Shown: in pieces, positions 28,165 through 37,848 of the stretch
Layout of the letters: each line of letters opens with the position of its first letter
Numbering within the stretch: the stretch's first letter is position 1
Source: a virus
Lineage: Duplodnaviria; Caudoviricetes
Strand: one strand, 5' to 3'
Length of the DNA stretch: 62,025 nt
IMG/VR virus record: IMGVR_UViG_3300000101_000014
Coordinates: 1-62,025 of that record
Translations under genes and position numbers: made by a program
Notes under the pieces: generated by a model
What the model was told of the DNA's origin: nothing
What the model saw: the letters and a program-made list of their open reading frames with translations, nothing else
The model's database searches: none

Positions 28165-30139
28165 AAGCCCGGCACTCCTCTCCTTCTTCTGATTGAAGGG
28201 TACCTCCAGATAACCACTTCATTAAGTCATCATACCCACCTATGTACTCGCCTTCCACGTATATCTGTGGTACAGTCTTTACATCTCTACGTCCAGTGAT
28301 CTCTGCGGCAGTCTTACCTGCATCTTCGATATCAATGGCATCGTATGGAATACCTCTCAGTTTCAACTCTTCTTTTGCGAGTTGACAGAAAGGACAGTTC
28401 TTCTTGGTGTACACCAGAGTACGTCTGTCATCCTGTAGGGCAACACGTTCTACCTTCTCTGATACATTCTCTGCACGTGCCTTTGCTTCTGTACGTAGGT
28501 AGTATAGACCCTTGAGTCCTTCTCTCCACGCCTTTAGATGAACTTGGTTTACGTACGTCTTATCAGATCCTGAAGGGAAGAATACGTTAACAGACTGACC
28601 TTGACATATGAAAGGTTGTCGATCTGCTGCGTGGGTTATTACCCAGTTCTGATCGAGTTCTTGTGCAGTCTTGTAGATTGCTTTCTCACCTTCAGTGAGG
28701 AATGGTAAGTGTTGTACCGATCCTTTGTTGGTGATAATAGAAGTCCAGTTAGAGTTTGTGTCCTCTCCTTTAGTCTTCAACAGATCCACCAAGTATGCAT
28801 TCTTTACTAAGAACGAACCTGCACGTGTGCGGTGTGTGTATGCACATGCCTTCAGGGGTTCAATAGAGGGACTGGTAGAGAGGATTACTCCACTGGATGC
28901 ATTAGGTGCAATTGCTAACAGGTGAGAGTTTCTTCGACCAGATCCGATTCCGTCTGGATACTCACCTTTCTCCACTGCGAGTCTTTCAGTCTCTGCCACT
29001 GCTGCTTCGTTAATATGGTTGAACACAACGTGATTGATCTCTCTGGCTTTGTCTGATTCCCACGCCACCCCGTGTTTCTGTAGTAGACTGTGGAAACCCA
29101 TGGCACCAAGTCCAATAGATCTTTCTCTTTCAGCAGAGTATTTTGCACGTGCAATTGAGTCGGGTGCGTGTTCGATGAAATAGTCAAGGACATTATCAAG
29201 CATACGAACAAGGTCTTCGACAATCGTAGTGTCTTTCCACTCATCATAGTATTCCAAATTAAGAGACGACAAACAACATACCGCAGTGCGATCAGGGGAC
29301 GTGGGTAGATGGATCTCGTTACAGAGATTACTACCATTGATCTTTAATCCCAGATCTTTTAAAGGTTGGGGTAGGTACCTGTTTGCGGTGTCAATAAAGT
29401 TTAAGTAAGGTTCACCTGTACGGAATCGTGTCTCAAGGATACGTTCCCATAACTTACGTGCATCCACGGTATCCTTTACACTGGCATCCTTGGGGTCACG
29501 TAGATTGAACGGAAGACCCATCGTCACACACTCCATGAACTCATCGGTGATATTGATGGCGTTGTGTAGGTTGAGTGCCTTGCGTTGTACGTCACCCGTA
29601 GGTATACGCATGTTCAAGAACTCAATGATATCAGGATGAGACACATCCATATATGCAGCATAAGATCCCTTACGAGTCTTACCCTGACGATATGCAATCA
29701 TGTCAGCATCTACGGTGTGTAGGAATGGCATAGGGCCAGGCGCAACATCAGATACTGTACGTACGTCACTCCAGTGTCCACCGACACCACCACCGAACAC
29801 AGATAACCATCGTAGTTCTGCGGTATGATCAATTAACCCTTCTAGGGTGTCTGGAACATATGTTAGAAAACAAGATATGGGTAGACCTTTACTCTTACCC
29901 TTTCCGTTACCATTAGGCGCATTAGACAACACCGGTGACGCAAACATAAAGTACTTCTTAGATACATAATCATATAGACGTTGTGCGAGATCTTCATCTC
30001 CGCCTGACCATGCAATTGCTGCACGTCTATAACCTTCTTGGGGTGACTTCTCGTTATCGTTTAGGTAGAAGTCCTTTAGCATTCCCACTGCGTAATCTTG
30101 AAGGACGGAGTCGCGGGATTTATCAATCTTAACTGACAT
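28154..30139 (-). CDS. nrdA: Ribonucleotide reductase class Ia alpha subunit with glutaredoxin domain
   Basis: PISCF, SNLCNEI, APNASS, GLYYLRT; then CPFC...TVPQIY..IGGY; C-terminal CRAC. Confidence 0.95.
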   Translation of the reverse strand: MSVKIDKSRDSVLQDYAVGMLKDFYLNDNEKSPQEGYRRAAIAWSGGDEDLAQRLYDYVSKKYFMFASPVLSNAPNGNGKGKSKGLPISCFLTYVPDTLEGLIDHTAELRWLSVFGGGVGGHWSDVRTVSDVAPGPMPFLHTVDADMIAYRQGKTRKGSYAAYMDVSHPDIIEFLNMRIPTGDVQRKALNLHNAINITDEFMECVTMGLPFNLRDPKDASVKDTVDARKLWERILETRFRTGEPYLNFIDTANRYLPQPLKDLGLKINGSNLCNEIHLPTSPDRTAVCCLSSLNLEYYDEWKDTTIVEDLVRMLDNVLDYFIEHAPDSIARAKYSAERERSIGLGAMGFHSLLQKHGVAWESDKAREINHVVFNHINEAAVAETERLAVEKGEYPDGIGSGRRNSHLLAIAPNASSGVILSTSPSIEPLKACAYTHRTRAGSFLVKNAYLVDLLKTKGEDTNSNWTSIITNKGSVQHLPFLTEGEKAIYKTAQELDQNWVITHAADRQPFICQGQSVNVFFPSGSDKTYVNQVHLKAWREGLKGLYYLRTEAKARAENVSEKVERVALQDDRRTLVYTKKNCPFCQLAKEELKLRGIPYDAIDIEDAGKTAAEITGRRDVKTVPQIYVEGEYIGGYDDLMKWLSGGTLQSEEGEECRACEG

Positions 30140-30183
30140 AGGTTTGTCTCGGTGTAGTTGTAATAACGTTAATATGAAGGTAC

Positions 30184-30212
30184 AGTATACACTGTACTTA
30201 GTCTTTTGTCAA
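30184..30212 (-). promoter_or_regulatory. sigma70-like promoter for nrdA
   Basis: TTGACA-N17-TATACT. Confidence 0.7.
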
Positions 30213-30650
30213 CTGTTCCGAGGACAATTCTTCATTCTTTTCCAACCAATCTTCACTATCAGTATCTTCGTCTTCTTGTGTTGCTTTGCGATAATAGAGA
30301 ATGATTTCTTTTTGTTCGAGGATGTACCTACGAATCTCTTGTAGGTTGAACGCCATGTTCTCATAACCTTGTGGAGTCAATCCAAACAGGACGAACGATC
30401 CGGACTGTAACTTTTCAAGTTCAGCGATCTGTTCTTCCTTGTTCTTCTCCGTGATTACAAAGAAATGCACATCCTCTAGATTGATGGCCTGTGGAAGAGG
30501 CGGTTGGTAAATCTCTAAAGTTTTGTACTCTGTTACAGTCTTAATGACTGGTTCCGGAATAATGGGGGCAGTATTCCATGACGGTAGACCTGCACAACCT
30601 GTCATTAATACTAGTAGTGATACCGTAAGGATCTTAGTTAATGTCTGCAT
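30198..30650 (-). CDS. Outer-membrane lipoprotein, o-spanin-like
   Basis: Lipobox LMTGC, Pro-rich segment; follows i-spanin-like gene. Confidence 0.7.
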   Translation of the reverse strand: MQTLTKILTVSLLVLMTGCAGLPSWNTAPIIPEPVIKTVTEYKTLEIYQPPLPQAINLEDVHFFVITEKNKEEQIAELEKLQSGSFVLFGLTPQGYENMAFNLQEIRRYILEQKEIILYYRKATQEDEDTDSEDWLEKNEELSSEQLTKD

Positions 30651-31059
30651 TCTCAATCTCCTTACTGTCAGTTTCTATAGAACGAAATACTTGTGCGGTA
30701 CCTTTGTTTATACGGGGTTCAATCAGACCGGGCTTGACTCGTGCGAGTCGGGTCATGTCATGACGTTTGAAGATACCGAGGTACTCATCACGTTCTTTCT
30801 TGAGTTGGTTGGACTTCTCAGTCAACTCTCCTACTGCCTTGAGTTGATTCTGTAAGTTGTTTTCTGCTCGTTCTCTAGACTTCTTTTCAGTCTCCAGTGC
30901 TTGTTCCATCTGCATCTGGTTTGTTTTGAGAATAGCATTATTGGATTCTAACTGGGCGATTGCTTTCTCGGCTTTCCCGAGAGTCACTGTGTGGTATCCC
31001 CATCCTGCGCCCGCAAGTAGAATAATGAGGGGTAACATCTTTAACATTCCAAACATCAT
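30634..31059 (-). CDS. i-spanin-like protein
   Basis: N-terminal TM followed by long coiled coil. Confidence 0.7.
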   Translation of the reverse strand: MMFGMLKMLPLIILLAGAGWGYHTVTLGKAEKAIAQLESNNAILKTNQMQMEQALETEKKSRERAENNLQNQLKAVGELTEKSNQLKKERDEYLGIFKRHDMTRLARVKPGLIEPRINKGTAQVFRSIETDSKEIENADIN

Positions 31060-31310
31060 TTGACCTTTTTTATTTGATAATTAAATGGGTGTTGAGTATT
31101 CATTTCAAACGCCTCACCTGAACTTAGTACTCCCTTGAGACACTTTGAGTTAATCTTATCTATACGTTTAAAAGAGTACTCTGCCTTAGATGACTCATCC
31201 CGCCAGATAAAAACTTCCCACTCATTAGTAAAAAGTTTGACTATAGGACTAGCAATCGAATGTAAACTTGAGGAGACAATCCTCAATAATCCTTGCCATA
31301 TTTTCTTCAT
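31056..31310 (-). CDS. Hypothetical protein
   Basis: ORF track, start trimmed to MKKIWQG. Confidence 0.55.
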   Translation of the reverse strand: MKKIWQGLLRIVSSSLHSIASPIVKLFTNEWEVFIWRDESSKAEYSFKRIDKINSKCLKGVLSSGEAFEMNTQHPFNYQIKKVK

Positions 31311-31545
31311 TTTCTTCGCGTTCCTTATAATATTCATACATTTGTGTTCTATGATGAGGAGGTAACTGGTGGAACTCTATCCACTCCTCTGGTTTCATGA
31401 ACTTCTTTGCAGGGTAACTTACTTCAAGACCAATTTCAAAGTATGGTTGATCCGTGATCAGGTCAATCTTCTCTTCGAGGTTGCCAGATACAGCAACGCA
31501 CCCCGTCATTATCAGAGATAATATCAGGAGTGCGTACGTCTTCAC
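31249..31545 (-). CDS. Putative lipoprotein
   Basis: Lipobox IMTGC. Confidence 0.6.
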   Translation of the reverse strand: MKTYALLILSLIMTGCVAVSGNLEEKIDLITDQPYFEIGLEVSYPAKKFMKPEEWIEFHQLPPHHRTQMYEYYKEREENEENMARIIEDCLLKFTFDC

Positions 31546-31703
31546 TTGTTCCTACGAACCCTTTTCCCTGCAACTTCGATATAGTTACGGGTAAGTGGTT
31601 TAGTCTTACGTTTCTTCTTAGGCATCATGTCTGCTGTGTCATGAGGTATACCCGCATCTGCTGCGGTCATCGCATCTTCATACATCTGTTTAAAGGTTTT
31701 CAT
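31542..31703 (-). CDS. Small putative internal virion protein
   Basis: Read manually: MKTFKQMYEDA...; basic C-terminus; AAGGA SD. Confidence 0.6.
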   Translation of the reverse strand: MKTFKQMYEDAMTAADAGIPHDTADMMPKKKRKTKPLTRNYIEVAGKRVRRNK

Positions 31704-31707
31704 TTCC

Positions 31708-31854
31708 TTAAAACACCAAACACAACGCGATACCGATCAGTACACCAATACCTTTGTGTACCCACGTCATCTCGTATTCGGTCATGTTGTAGTGAGTCTG
31801 GAGACGCCATTGGCGATCTTCGTGCCACAATTTGATTTTCTTTAGAATGTTCAT
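31708..31854 (-). CDS. Small membrane protein
   Basis: MNILKKIKLW..., C-terminal TM. Confidence 0.55.
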   Translation of the reverse strand: MNILKKIKLWHEDRQWRLQTHYNMTEYEMTWVHKGIGVLIGIALCLVF

Positions 31855-32435
31855 CGGGTTATTTCTCCTAGAGTAATATACAATGAGTGTCCTGTATTTA
31901 TGTGTTCGACACAATAGATTCTGTGTCCTAGTACACTTCCTACAGGGAAACAACCATCTTTTACTCTTATTGTGTCGTTTCTTTTTGCGATTTCTGAACA
32001 CAACATGATGTCCAGTTTGTTTTCATTAAGACGATAGACACCTTGACCTAACTCTCCATCATCGTTAATATACCACTTAGAATCTTCTTCAAGTAATTCA
32101 AAATCCAAATCAGAGTTTGCAATGATTTTGTCAATAGACTTATCACTCATACCGTACGTTTCCTTGATCAGAAACAATGCAGCTGCATAGGATGCGAGTT
32201 TACTCCCACCGCCAGGCACTTTGTTCAGTAGACGTTTGACATTAAATACTAGTCTCATGAACGTACTGTATGCATCTTTCTCTTCTGTAGTCTTGATCTT
32301 CTTCGACTTATTCCGGACACCCTTATCATCGATCAAACCTAATTTGAACGCATCGGTATCTTCCCAAGGTGTTGTCAACATCTTGATGAATCGAAATGTG
32401 TAGTAGAGATCACCTGCTCTTGATGCTAGTGACAT
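31851..32435 (-). CDS. Conserved T4-like hypothetical protein
   Basis: YTFRFIKMLTTPW..TDAFKLGLID. Confidence 0.75.
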   Translation of the reverse strand: MSLASRAGDLYYTFRFIKMLTTPWEDTDAFKLGLIDDKGVRNKSKKIKTTEEKDAYSTFMRLVFNVKRLLNKVPGGGSKLASYAAALFLIKETYGMSDKSIDKIIANSDLDFELLEEDSKWYINDDGELGQGVYRLNENKLDIMLCSEIAKRNDTIRVKDGCFPVGSVLGHRIYCVEHINTGHSLYITLGEITR

Positions 32436-32806
32436 TATATTTTCCTCAGTTCTTCAACGATCCTAGGATCCATTGGGGTACTAGCATATTTAGTGTTTTC
32501 AATATGTCTAAGATAGATCAAAAAGGGTTTTATTATTGACCAGTCACTCTCACTAGGGATCTTGAACTCTAACATCCGAAGACCCGCATCCACTCCAAAG
32601 ACGTTGAAGATAACAATGAGGTGGTTGAGTAGGAGATTGACAGGGGGACTACCGTTATCATTGTAACGGGTAATGAGACGTTTAATGTATTTAAAACGTT
32701 TTAAATCTTCATAGAACTCTTCTGCATCCACACATCGTGGGCTGTAATAGTTCCGTATTGCGAATAACTCAAAGGTAGAGTCTTGTAGTTCATCAAACAA
32801 ATGCAT
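32435..32806 (-). CDS. Conserved T4-like hypothetical protein
   Basis: FAIRNY..P.C...EEFYEDLKRFKYIKRL, LLNHLIV. Confidence 0.75.
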   Translation of the reverse strand: MHLFDELQDSTFELFAIRNYYSPRCVDAEEFYEDLKRFKYIKRLITRYNDNGSPPVNLLLNHLIVIFNVFGVDAGLRMLEFKIPSESDWSIIKPFLIYLRHIENTKYASTPMDPRIVEELRKI

Positions 32807-32841
32807 ATAGTGGGTTCCGAATCTCAACTGTATGGTACTAT

Positions 32842-33165
32842 CTATACTGTAAAACTTTCCCCACAACCACACTCACCAGATTGGTTTGGATTAGAGAACT
32901 CGAAACCTTCATTGAGACCCCTTTTGACCCAATCTAATTTTGTACCATCAAGATACACCAGACTCTTGGAATCGATAACTACTTTAAACTGATCAAACTC
33001 TGAGACATTATCATCGTCTTCAATATTGTCCGCAAACTCTAGAACGTATGATAATCCCGAACAACCGGTAGTTTTGACTCCTAGACGTATGCCAATACCT
33101 CTAGAACGTCCCTGTAGTTGATCTACGACACGTTTCTCTGCGGTGGGGGTGAGAGTGACACTCAA
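32842..33165 (-). CDS. iscA: Fe-S cluster carrier IscA
   Basis: GCSGLSY and CGCGESF. Confidence 0.93.
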   Translation of the reverse strand: MSVTLTPTAEKRVVDQLQGRSRGIGIRLGVKTTGCSGLSYVLEFADNIEDDDNVSEFDQFKVVIDSKSLVYLDGTKLDWVKRGLNEGFEFSNPNQSGECGCGESFTV

Positions 33166-33575
33166 GTGAAGACACAGAGATCAATAAGTTCTGCGACAGC
33201 TCTTTTCTTTTTTATGTCTTTAACTGCGGCTTGAATGGCATCCTCAGCGAGTACTGAACAGTGAATCTTCACGGGCGGTAGTGCCAACTCTTCTGCGATC
33301 TGAGTGTTCTTGATTTGTGCGGCATCATCGACATGTTTACCTTTGACCCACTCAGTTAAGAGAGAACTGGATGCAATTGCTGAACCACAACCGTAAGTCT
33401 TGAACTTAGCATCCTGAATGATACCTTCTTTAGATACCTCGATTTGCAGACGCATAACGTCACCACAGGCAGGTGCACCGACCATACCAGTGCCGACATT
33501 TTCAGCAAACTCATCCATACGACCTACATTACGTGGATTCTCGTAGTGATCTATTACTTTCTCTGAGTATGCCAT
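33162..33575 (-). CDS. iscU: Fe-S cluster scaffold IscU
   Basis: [41 protein letters not shown]. Confidence 0.95.
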   Translation of the reverse strand: MAYSEKVIDHYENPRNVGRMDEFAENVGTGMVGAPACGDVMRLQIEVSKEGIIQDAKFKTYGCGSAIASSSLLTEWVKGKHVDDAAQIKNTQIAEELALPPVKIHCSVLAEDAIQAAVKDIKKKRAVAELIDLCVFT

Positions 33576-33763
33576 TAACTAAGTTTCCTTTGAATCCATT
33601 TGAATAGTGCGTAGATACTTAGACCGTAGAAGGCCAATACACTCATGGGTAATGCGATATAGATGAGTTCCCACGGAGACAAGAATAATATTTCCCATGT
33701 GAACTGTGCTACTGCTTCTGCGTCACCCAGTTCTGCAACATCATCGAACTCACATTCGTCCAT
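33575..33763 (-). CDS. Small membrane protein
   Basis: Single hydrophobic helix. Confidence 0.55.
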   Translation of the reverse strand: MDECEFDDVAELGDAEAVAQFTWEILFLSPWELIYIALPMSVLAFYGLSIYALFKWIQRKLS

Positions 33764-33767
33764 TGGT

Positions 33768-34226
33768 CTAATCCGCTAGTGGGTTATCGAGTACTTGTTG
33801 TATTTTCTTGGTGAGTCTGTCTTCGAGAGCTTCGATTTGTAGTCGAGTATCGTTTTGTAGGGACTCTCGTTTCGTGTCAAACTTCTCATTCGCACGGTCT
33901 ATCTGACCTTCCACCTTTTCATTCATGTCCCTTACAGTGGACGAGAATCGGTCTACACGTCTTTCCATGCGGTTAAAATCGTCTCTTAGGTCATTCTTGA
34001 TTGATCGAGAGTAGTCGATTGCCTCATCGAGTTTGACTTCGATCACTTCGTTACGTGCTTTGATATCACCTACGTCAATGTTCTGAACAATTTCTTTCAT
34101 GTCCATATAGTCTTTGTAGAACTCAAAACCAGCCCACGATGCTCCACCTAGTGTAGACAGTGCGGTAAATGCAATCGCCATCATACCACCCTGAAACTTT
34201 ATTCCGGCAATTTCTATTTCTGCCAT
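33768..34226 (-). CDS. Membrane-anchored coiled-coil protein
   Basis: N-terminal TM then heptad-rich region. Confidence 0.65.
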   Translation of the reverse strand: MAEIEIAGIKFQGGMMAIAFTALSTLGGASWAGFEFYKDYMDMKEIVQNIDVGDIKARNEVIEVKLDEAIDYSRSIKNDLRDDFNRMERRVDRFSSTVRDMNEKVEGQIDRANEKFDTKRESLQNDTRLQIEALEDRLTKKIQQVLDNPLAD

Positions 34227-34237
34227 TTTTGACCTTC

Positions 34238-34693
34238 CTAGTTATCGTCACTTTCTGCGAACTTGAGGTTTCTTAGATTATAGACCTCTTGTTCTAGTTT
34301 GCGAATCTCCAGTTCCCTTGCTTTCAACTCCAATTGATACAACTTATTACAATCTAACCTCTTCTTGGGCGCCCCAAGAGGAATGGTTATCTTTGCATAT
34401 ACACCAACGTCTCTCACGAATCCGTTGGGATCGTATCCGTCAGGGTCTACCCCAACGTTCTGTTGATTAAAGTTCTGTCCATATGGATCGTTTTGGTTTA
34501 ACACACCTACCACACCAAACTCAACATTAGTCGCAGAACCAATAGCCTGTGAACACTCAAATTGCCCTGCCCGAACTCTGTCGGACTGATAACTCTGTGA
34601 TGAACTAGGTAACGCCATATTGATTGAGTTTGATTGTGCCCAAACGGGTACACTAGTTATCATCAAAAGTATCATTACTAAAATACTTCTCAT
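34238..34693 (-). CDS. Secreted protein (beta-hairpin + coiled coil, Cys pair)
   Basis: Signal peptide ending VWA; two Cys. Confidence 0.65.
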   Translation of the reverse strand: MRSILVMILLMITSVPVWAQSNSINMALPSSSQSYQSDRVRAGQFECSQAIGSATNVEFGVVGVLNQNDPYGQNFNQQNVGVDPDGYDPNGFVRDVGVYAKITIPLGAPKKRLDCNKLYQLELKARELEIRKLEQEVYNLRNLKFAESDDN

Positions 34694-34700
34694 TTTATTC

Positions 34701-35117
34701 TCACTTTATCTTCGAACAGATTCTCGAATATAACATAGGTTTTGTTGATTTGTTCTGAAGGGGTCTAGACTTAGAACACACATAAACCACACGGTCTTTA
34801 TCTTTGGCCCTTATGTATATATCTATCTTCTTTTGCTTCTGAAATCCTATCTGAACTGTGTTTTTTGCGACACTATTAGTGGTAATCGCAAACGGAACGT
34901 CTGTCCAGTCTTCTTCGTGTACCGATAATTGGTAGTATAAGATATCGTTACGACTGTTGAACAGTCTCATCTCTGCCTTGTAAACCGCAGGGATATGAGA
35001 TAGTTTCAATTTGGGATAGGTAGGAGTCCACTCGTGGGCACTTGCGTACCCACTCGTGGTTGTAAACATTATTAAAACGAATGCACGTGTTAATCTATTC
35101 ATCATTATATCTCTCAT
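34701..35117 (-). CDS. Secreted Ig-fold / pilus chaperone-like protein
   Basis: Signal peptide ending ASA; beta-rich; VCS...ICS Cys pair. Confidence 0.5.
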   Translation of the reverse strand: MRDIMMNRLTRAFVLIMFTTTSGYASAHEWTPTYPKLKLSHIPAVYKAEMRLFNSRNDILYYQLSVHEEDWTDVPFAITTNSVAKNTVQIGFQKQKKIDIYIRAKDKDRVVYVCSKSRPLQNKSTKPMLYSRICSKIK

Positions 35118-35154
35118 TTAAACTCTAATATCGAAAAGTAATCCTTTACGTCTG

Positions 35155-35162
35155 TACTTATA
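35155..35162 (-). promoter_or_regulatory. Variant late promoter
   Basis: TATAAGTA in intergenic gap. Confidence 0.4.
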
Positions 35163-35196
35163 TCCGTATTTCAACATTAAAAAACGTGCACGATTC

Positions 35197-35700
35197 TTAC
35201 AGAGCAATGCACTCGGCAATCACAGCAGACTGGTATTGTCCGCCAGGATATGCACGACCTACGCCGTATATCGCCTCAGAATCAATCTTGAACCATGTAG
35301 ATCCAGCAACGGTGAGACTGATCTCAGTTACGTTGTTGTACTCTATCTTATCATTATCATAGGCACTCATTGTGCTGTCTGATACTTGATCTACGGAAAC
35401 GTCTCCTGTCCAGTATACAACGTCAGTTAGTGCGGGGCTCTCTGTGAATGTCTCAGGGTGGGTTATTACTGCTTTGTAATAACTTGCCTGAATCACATCA
35501 AATCGCACAACTGGTCGAACACCGCCATCAGCAGGATCAGTGCTCAGAGTACCGGGCGCAGGGTTACCAAACACCCCACCGATATCCTGAGTAACTACAC
35601 ACTTGCTTTCTACAGAACCGGAAACTGGTATCTGTGTGTTCGCGTATGCAGTATTACCTAAAACCATCAATAACAATAATACAAAAGTTTTCTTGAACAT
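35197..35700 (-). CDS. Secreted fimbrial/pilin-like protein
   Basis: Signal peptide AYA; IPVSGSVESKC N-term strand; PGGQYQSAVIAEC C-term strand. Confidence 0.55.
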   Translation of the reverse strand: MFKKTFVLLLLMVLGNTAYANTQIPVSGSVESKCVVTQDIGGVFGNPAPGTLSTDPADGGVRPVVRFDVIQASYYKAVITHPETFTESPALTDVVYWTGDVSVDQVSDSTMSAYDNDKIEYNNVTEISLTVAGSTWFKIDSEAIYGVGRAYPGGQYQSAVIAECIAL

Positions 35701-35719
35701 TACGTTCTCCCTTTTTTTA

Positions 35720-36601
35720 CTACTTCTTATTTGCATACTGTAAATCAATTAATTCTTGGTGCTTTAGATCTTGCGCCAAGCCAACTCTCAATCCCTTTCT
35801 ACTTCTGGGGAGTTTAGCATCCTTCAACACTACTGTGTCTTCGTATGTTCCCCCGTCTATAGAATATGTGTATCCAACTGGTATTCCTTTTAGTTGGACT
35901 AAACTATTGTGCAATGCAATCTGTTCAGCACTAAACTCGTTCTCTAATGAAATACCGAGAAGTTGTTCTAGTCTTGCATCAGACTCTTCTACACCCTCTG
36001 CAATCTTACGGCGTTCACGGCGATCCTCTTCTTCGTCCTGTGCTCGCATATTTGCCTTTCTATCTAACTCTGCCTGAATATAATCCTCGTCCAGTGGATC
36101 AGTTATCTCCATCGCCTCGTTAACGACTGCCATGGGATCTTTATAGCCCGGACATGTGGGGTTAGACTGTGGATCGAAACATGGATCAAACTGATATCCA
36201 TAAACGACTTCCGTGTCGACTACCGATCCTTCTCCTTCAACTTCTATAGATCCTCTACCCCAAAAATCAATTGGTATTAGAGGTACTGGAACTGACTTAG
36301 TGATTGAGTTTCCACCCACACCACTCCAGTCGTCCGTCTCTCGGAAGATGTATCCATCTCCTCGTGCGTTCTCGTTCTGCACGTGGACTAACATATCATC
36401 TTCTGTATTCTTAACCGTTGTATAACGATAGAATACATTATTGACCTGCAATCCTGCCTGTTGAGGTAGGATATTGGACATTACCCAGTTTAAAGCATCG
36501 TCACGTGCGGCGTTCCCCGTAATACCATATGTGGTATCAGAGTAACAAACCGAGCAATAACAAAGCAACCCCACCAACACCAGCAGCTGTCTTTTTACCA
36601 T
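35720..36601 (-). CDS. Secreted protein (beta domain, DPC..CPGY linker, acidic helical region)
   Basis: Signal peptide; ORF track. Confidence 0.65.
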   Translation of the reverse strand: MVKRQLLVLVGLLCYCSVCYSDTTYGITGNAARDDALNWVMSNILPQQAGLQVNNVFYRYTTVKNTEDDMLVHVQNENARGDGYIFRETDDWSGVGGNSITKSVPVPLIPIDFWGRGSIEVEGEGSVVDTEVVYGYQFDPCFDPQSNPTCPGYKDPMAVVNEAMEITDPLDEDYIQAELDRKANMRAQDEEEDRRERRKIAEGVEESDARLEQLLGISLENEFSAEQIALHNSLVQLKGIPVGYTYSIDGGTYEDTVVLKDAKLPRSRKGLRVGLAQDLKHQELIDLQYANKK

Positions 36602-37103
36602 TACTCATGCCCTCCTCGGCAACATCTTCGCCTTCTAATTCTGCGAGTTCCCACGCAGTCTTTGCGTCATTACCGATCTTACCGTCCTTTGGACAGGGAG
36701 TACCAGCATTCATCATAGCGTCAAAAACCCTACGATCGGTACACATGACCGATACGGCAGCCACTTTCATCCCCATGTCATAGAGAGTCTTAGCGTTCTT
36801 TAACCGTTCGCAATTGTCGTCCGTGATTTGTGTTCCGGTACTAATACCCAATATTTGAGTCTGTACCGCACCCGCAACACCGAATGTACATAGATCCGAG
36901 TTGGAGGTGTTAATCGTAGGTGTGATCGCTGAAGCTGGAGGCGATTTCAACGTAGTCGTGGACTCCGTCTTAGAACTAACCGTGCTATCAGTCGTACTAT
37001 CTGTGTAGATAATATCCAGCGGTGTTTCATCTTCGGTGTTATCCTGTGCAGATACACAAAGGGATAACACCATCAATGGGAGTATGACAATATATTTAAA
37101 CAT
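36537..37103 (-). CDS. Secreted Cys-containing protein with C-terminal membrane anchor
   Basis: Signal peptide VSA; Ser/Thr-rich linker; four Cys in mature part; GVGGVALLLLGLLL tail. Confidence 0.65.
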   Translation of the reverse strand: MFKYIVILPLMVLSLCVSAQDNTEDETPLDIIYTDSTTDSTVSSKTESTTTLKSPPASAITPTINTSNSDLCTFGVAGAVQTQILGISTGTQITDDNCERLKNAKTLYDMGMKVAAVSVMCTDRRVFDAMMNAGTPCPKDGKIGNDAKTAWELAELEGEDVAEEGMSNGKKTAAGVGGVALLLLGLLL

Positions 37104-37129
37104 AATTTAACCATCCTTTAAGTGACAAT

Positions 37130-37137
37130 AATTTATA
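37130..37137 (-). promoter_or_regulatory. Variant late promoter
   Basis: TATAAATT upstream of 37103. Confidence 0.45.
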
Positions 37138-37217
37138 CACCTCAGTATATATATGCAATTATCGTACCAATCTCTAATTTCTCAAATGTTACTATTTCCT
37201 AATCAAAACATTCAAAA

Positions 37218-37553
37218 TTACTTTTTACCACCTGCGTAGGCTTGTCCACCAAAGAACGCAGCGACAATTGCGGCAACTGATACAAAGTACGTTGCAGCCA
37301 TATCACCTAGTATCTTAGATGCACCATCCAGACCAATCAGATCTGCGATGACTACTGCGAAGGGGTATAGTAGAAGACCAAATAAGGCAAACCACGTCAT
37401 GCTTCTTTGTGCATCACGCATTGCGTCTTGATCTTCTAACTCTCTTCGCTTAAACTCAAGATGCATCTCAAGTTCTTCTTTCGAAATATGTCCATCACCA
37501 TTAGTATCAGCACCGTCAAGTATATCGGAGTCGATTGTCTTATGGTCAGCCAT
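37218..37553 (-). CDS. Holin-like membrane protein with EF-hand-like motif
   Basis: DTNGDGHISKEE, two TM helices. Confidence 0.55.
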   Translation of the reverse strand: MADHKTIDSDILDGADTNGDGHISKEELEMHLEFKRRELEDQDAMRDAQRSMTWFALFGLLLYPFAVVIADLIGLDGASKILGDMAATYFVSVAAIVAAFFGGQAYAGGKK

Positions 37554-37554
37554 A

Positions 37555-37848
37555 TCAGTCTTCCTTGAGTTCCTGTGGTGCAAATATTGCGGGAGACTCG
37601 TGCCAAGTCTGTTCCGCTTCCGTTAGTTCTCTTTCTGTCGCAGGTGCTTCATGCAATGTGCGAGGTGTAACCGGTCTCCAGTCAGGCTTTACTGCTTTCT
37701 TTTTCTTCGCCTTTACTGGTTTAGGGTTTCTTGCCTCGTGCCACTCTGCGATGAACGCAGGGGACAACTTCTGAGACTTGAGAAGTTCACCCGTAGTAGG
37801 ATGAACCCAACCAGTTAGAGTAGGTATTGAGTTCTTAGGTTCTGCCAT
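37555..37848 (-). CDS. Hypothetical protein
   Basis: GWVHPTTGELLKS motif. Confidence 0.65.
   Translation of the reverse strand: MAEPKNSIPTLTGWVHPTTGELLKSQKLSPAFIAEWHEARNPKPVKAKKKKAVKPDWRPVTPRTLHEAPATERELTEAEQTWHESPAIFAPQELKED

Noticed and set aside
25890-30139. Intron or intein in nrdA/nrdB
   Set aside because: Both ORFs are continuous; the nrdA extension is a glutaredoxin; the GIY-YIG gene is free-standing
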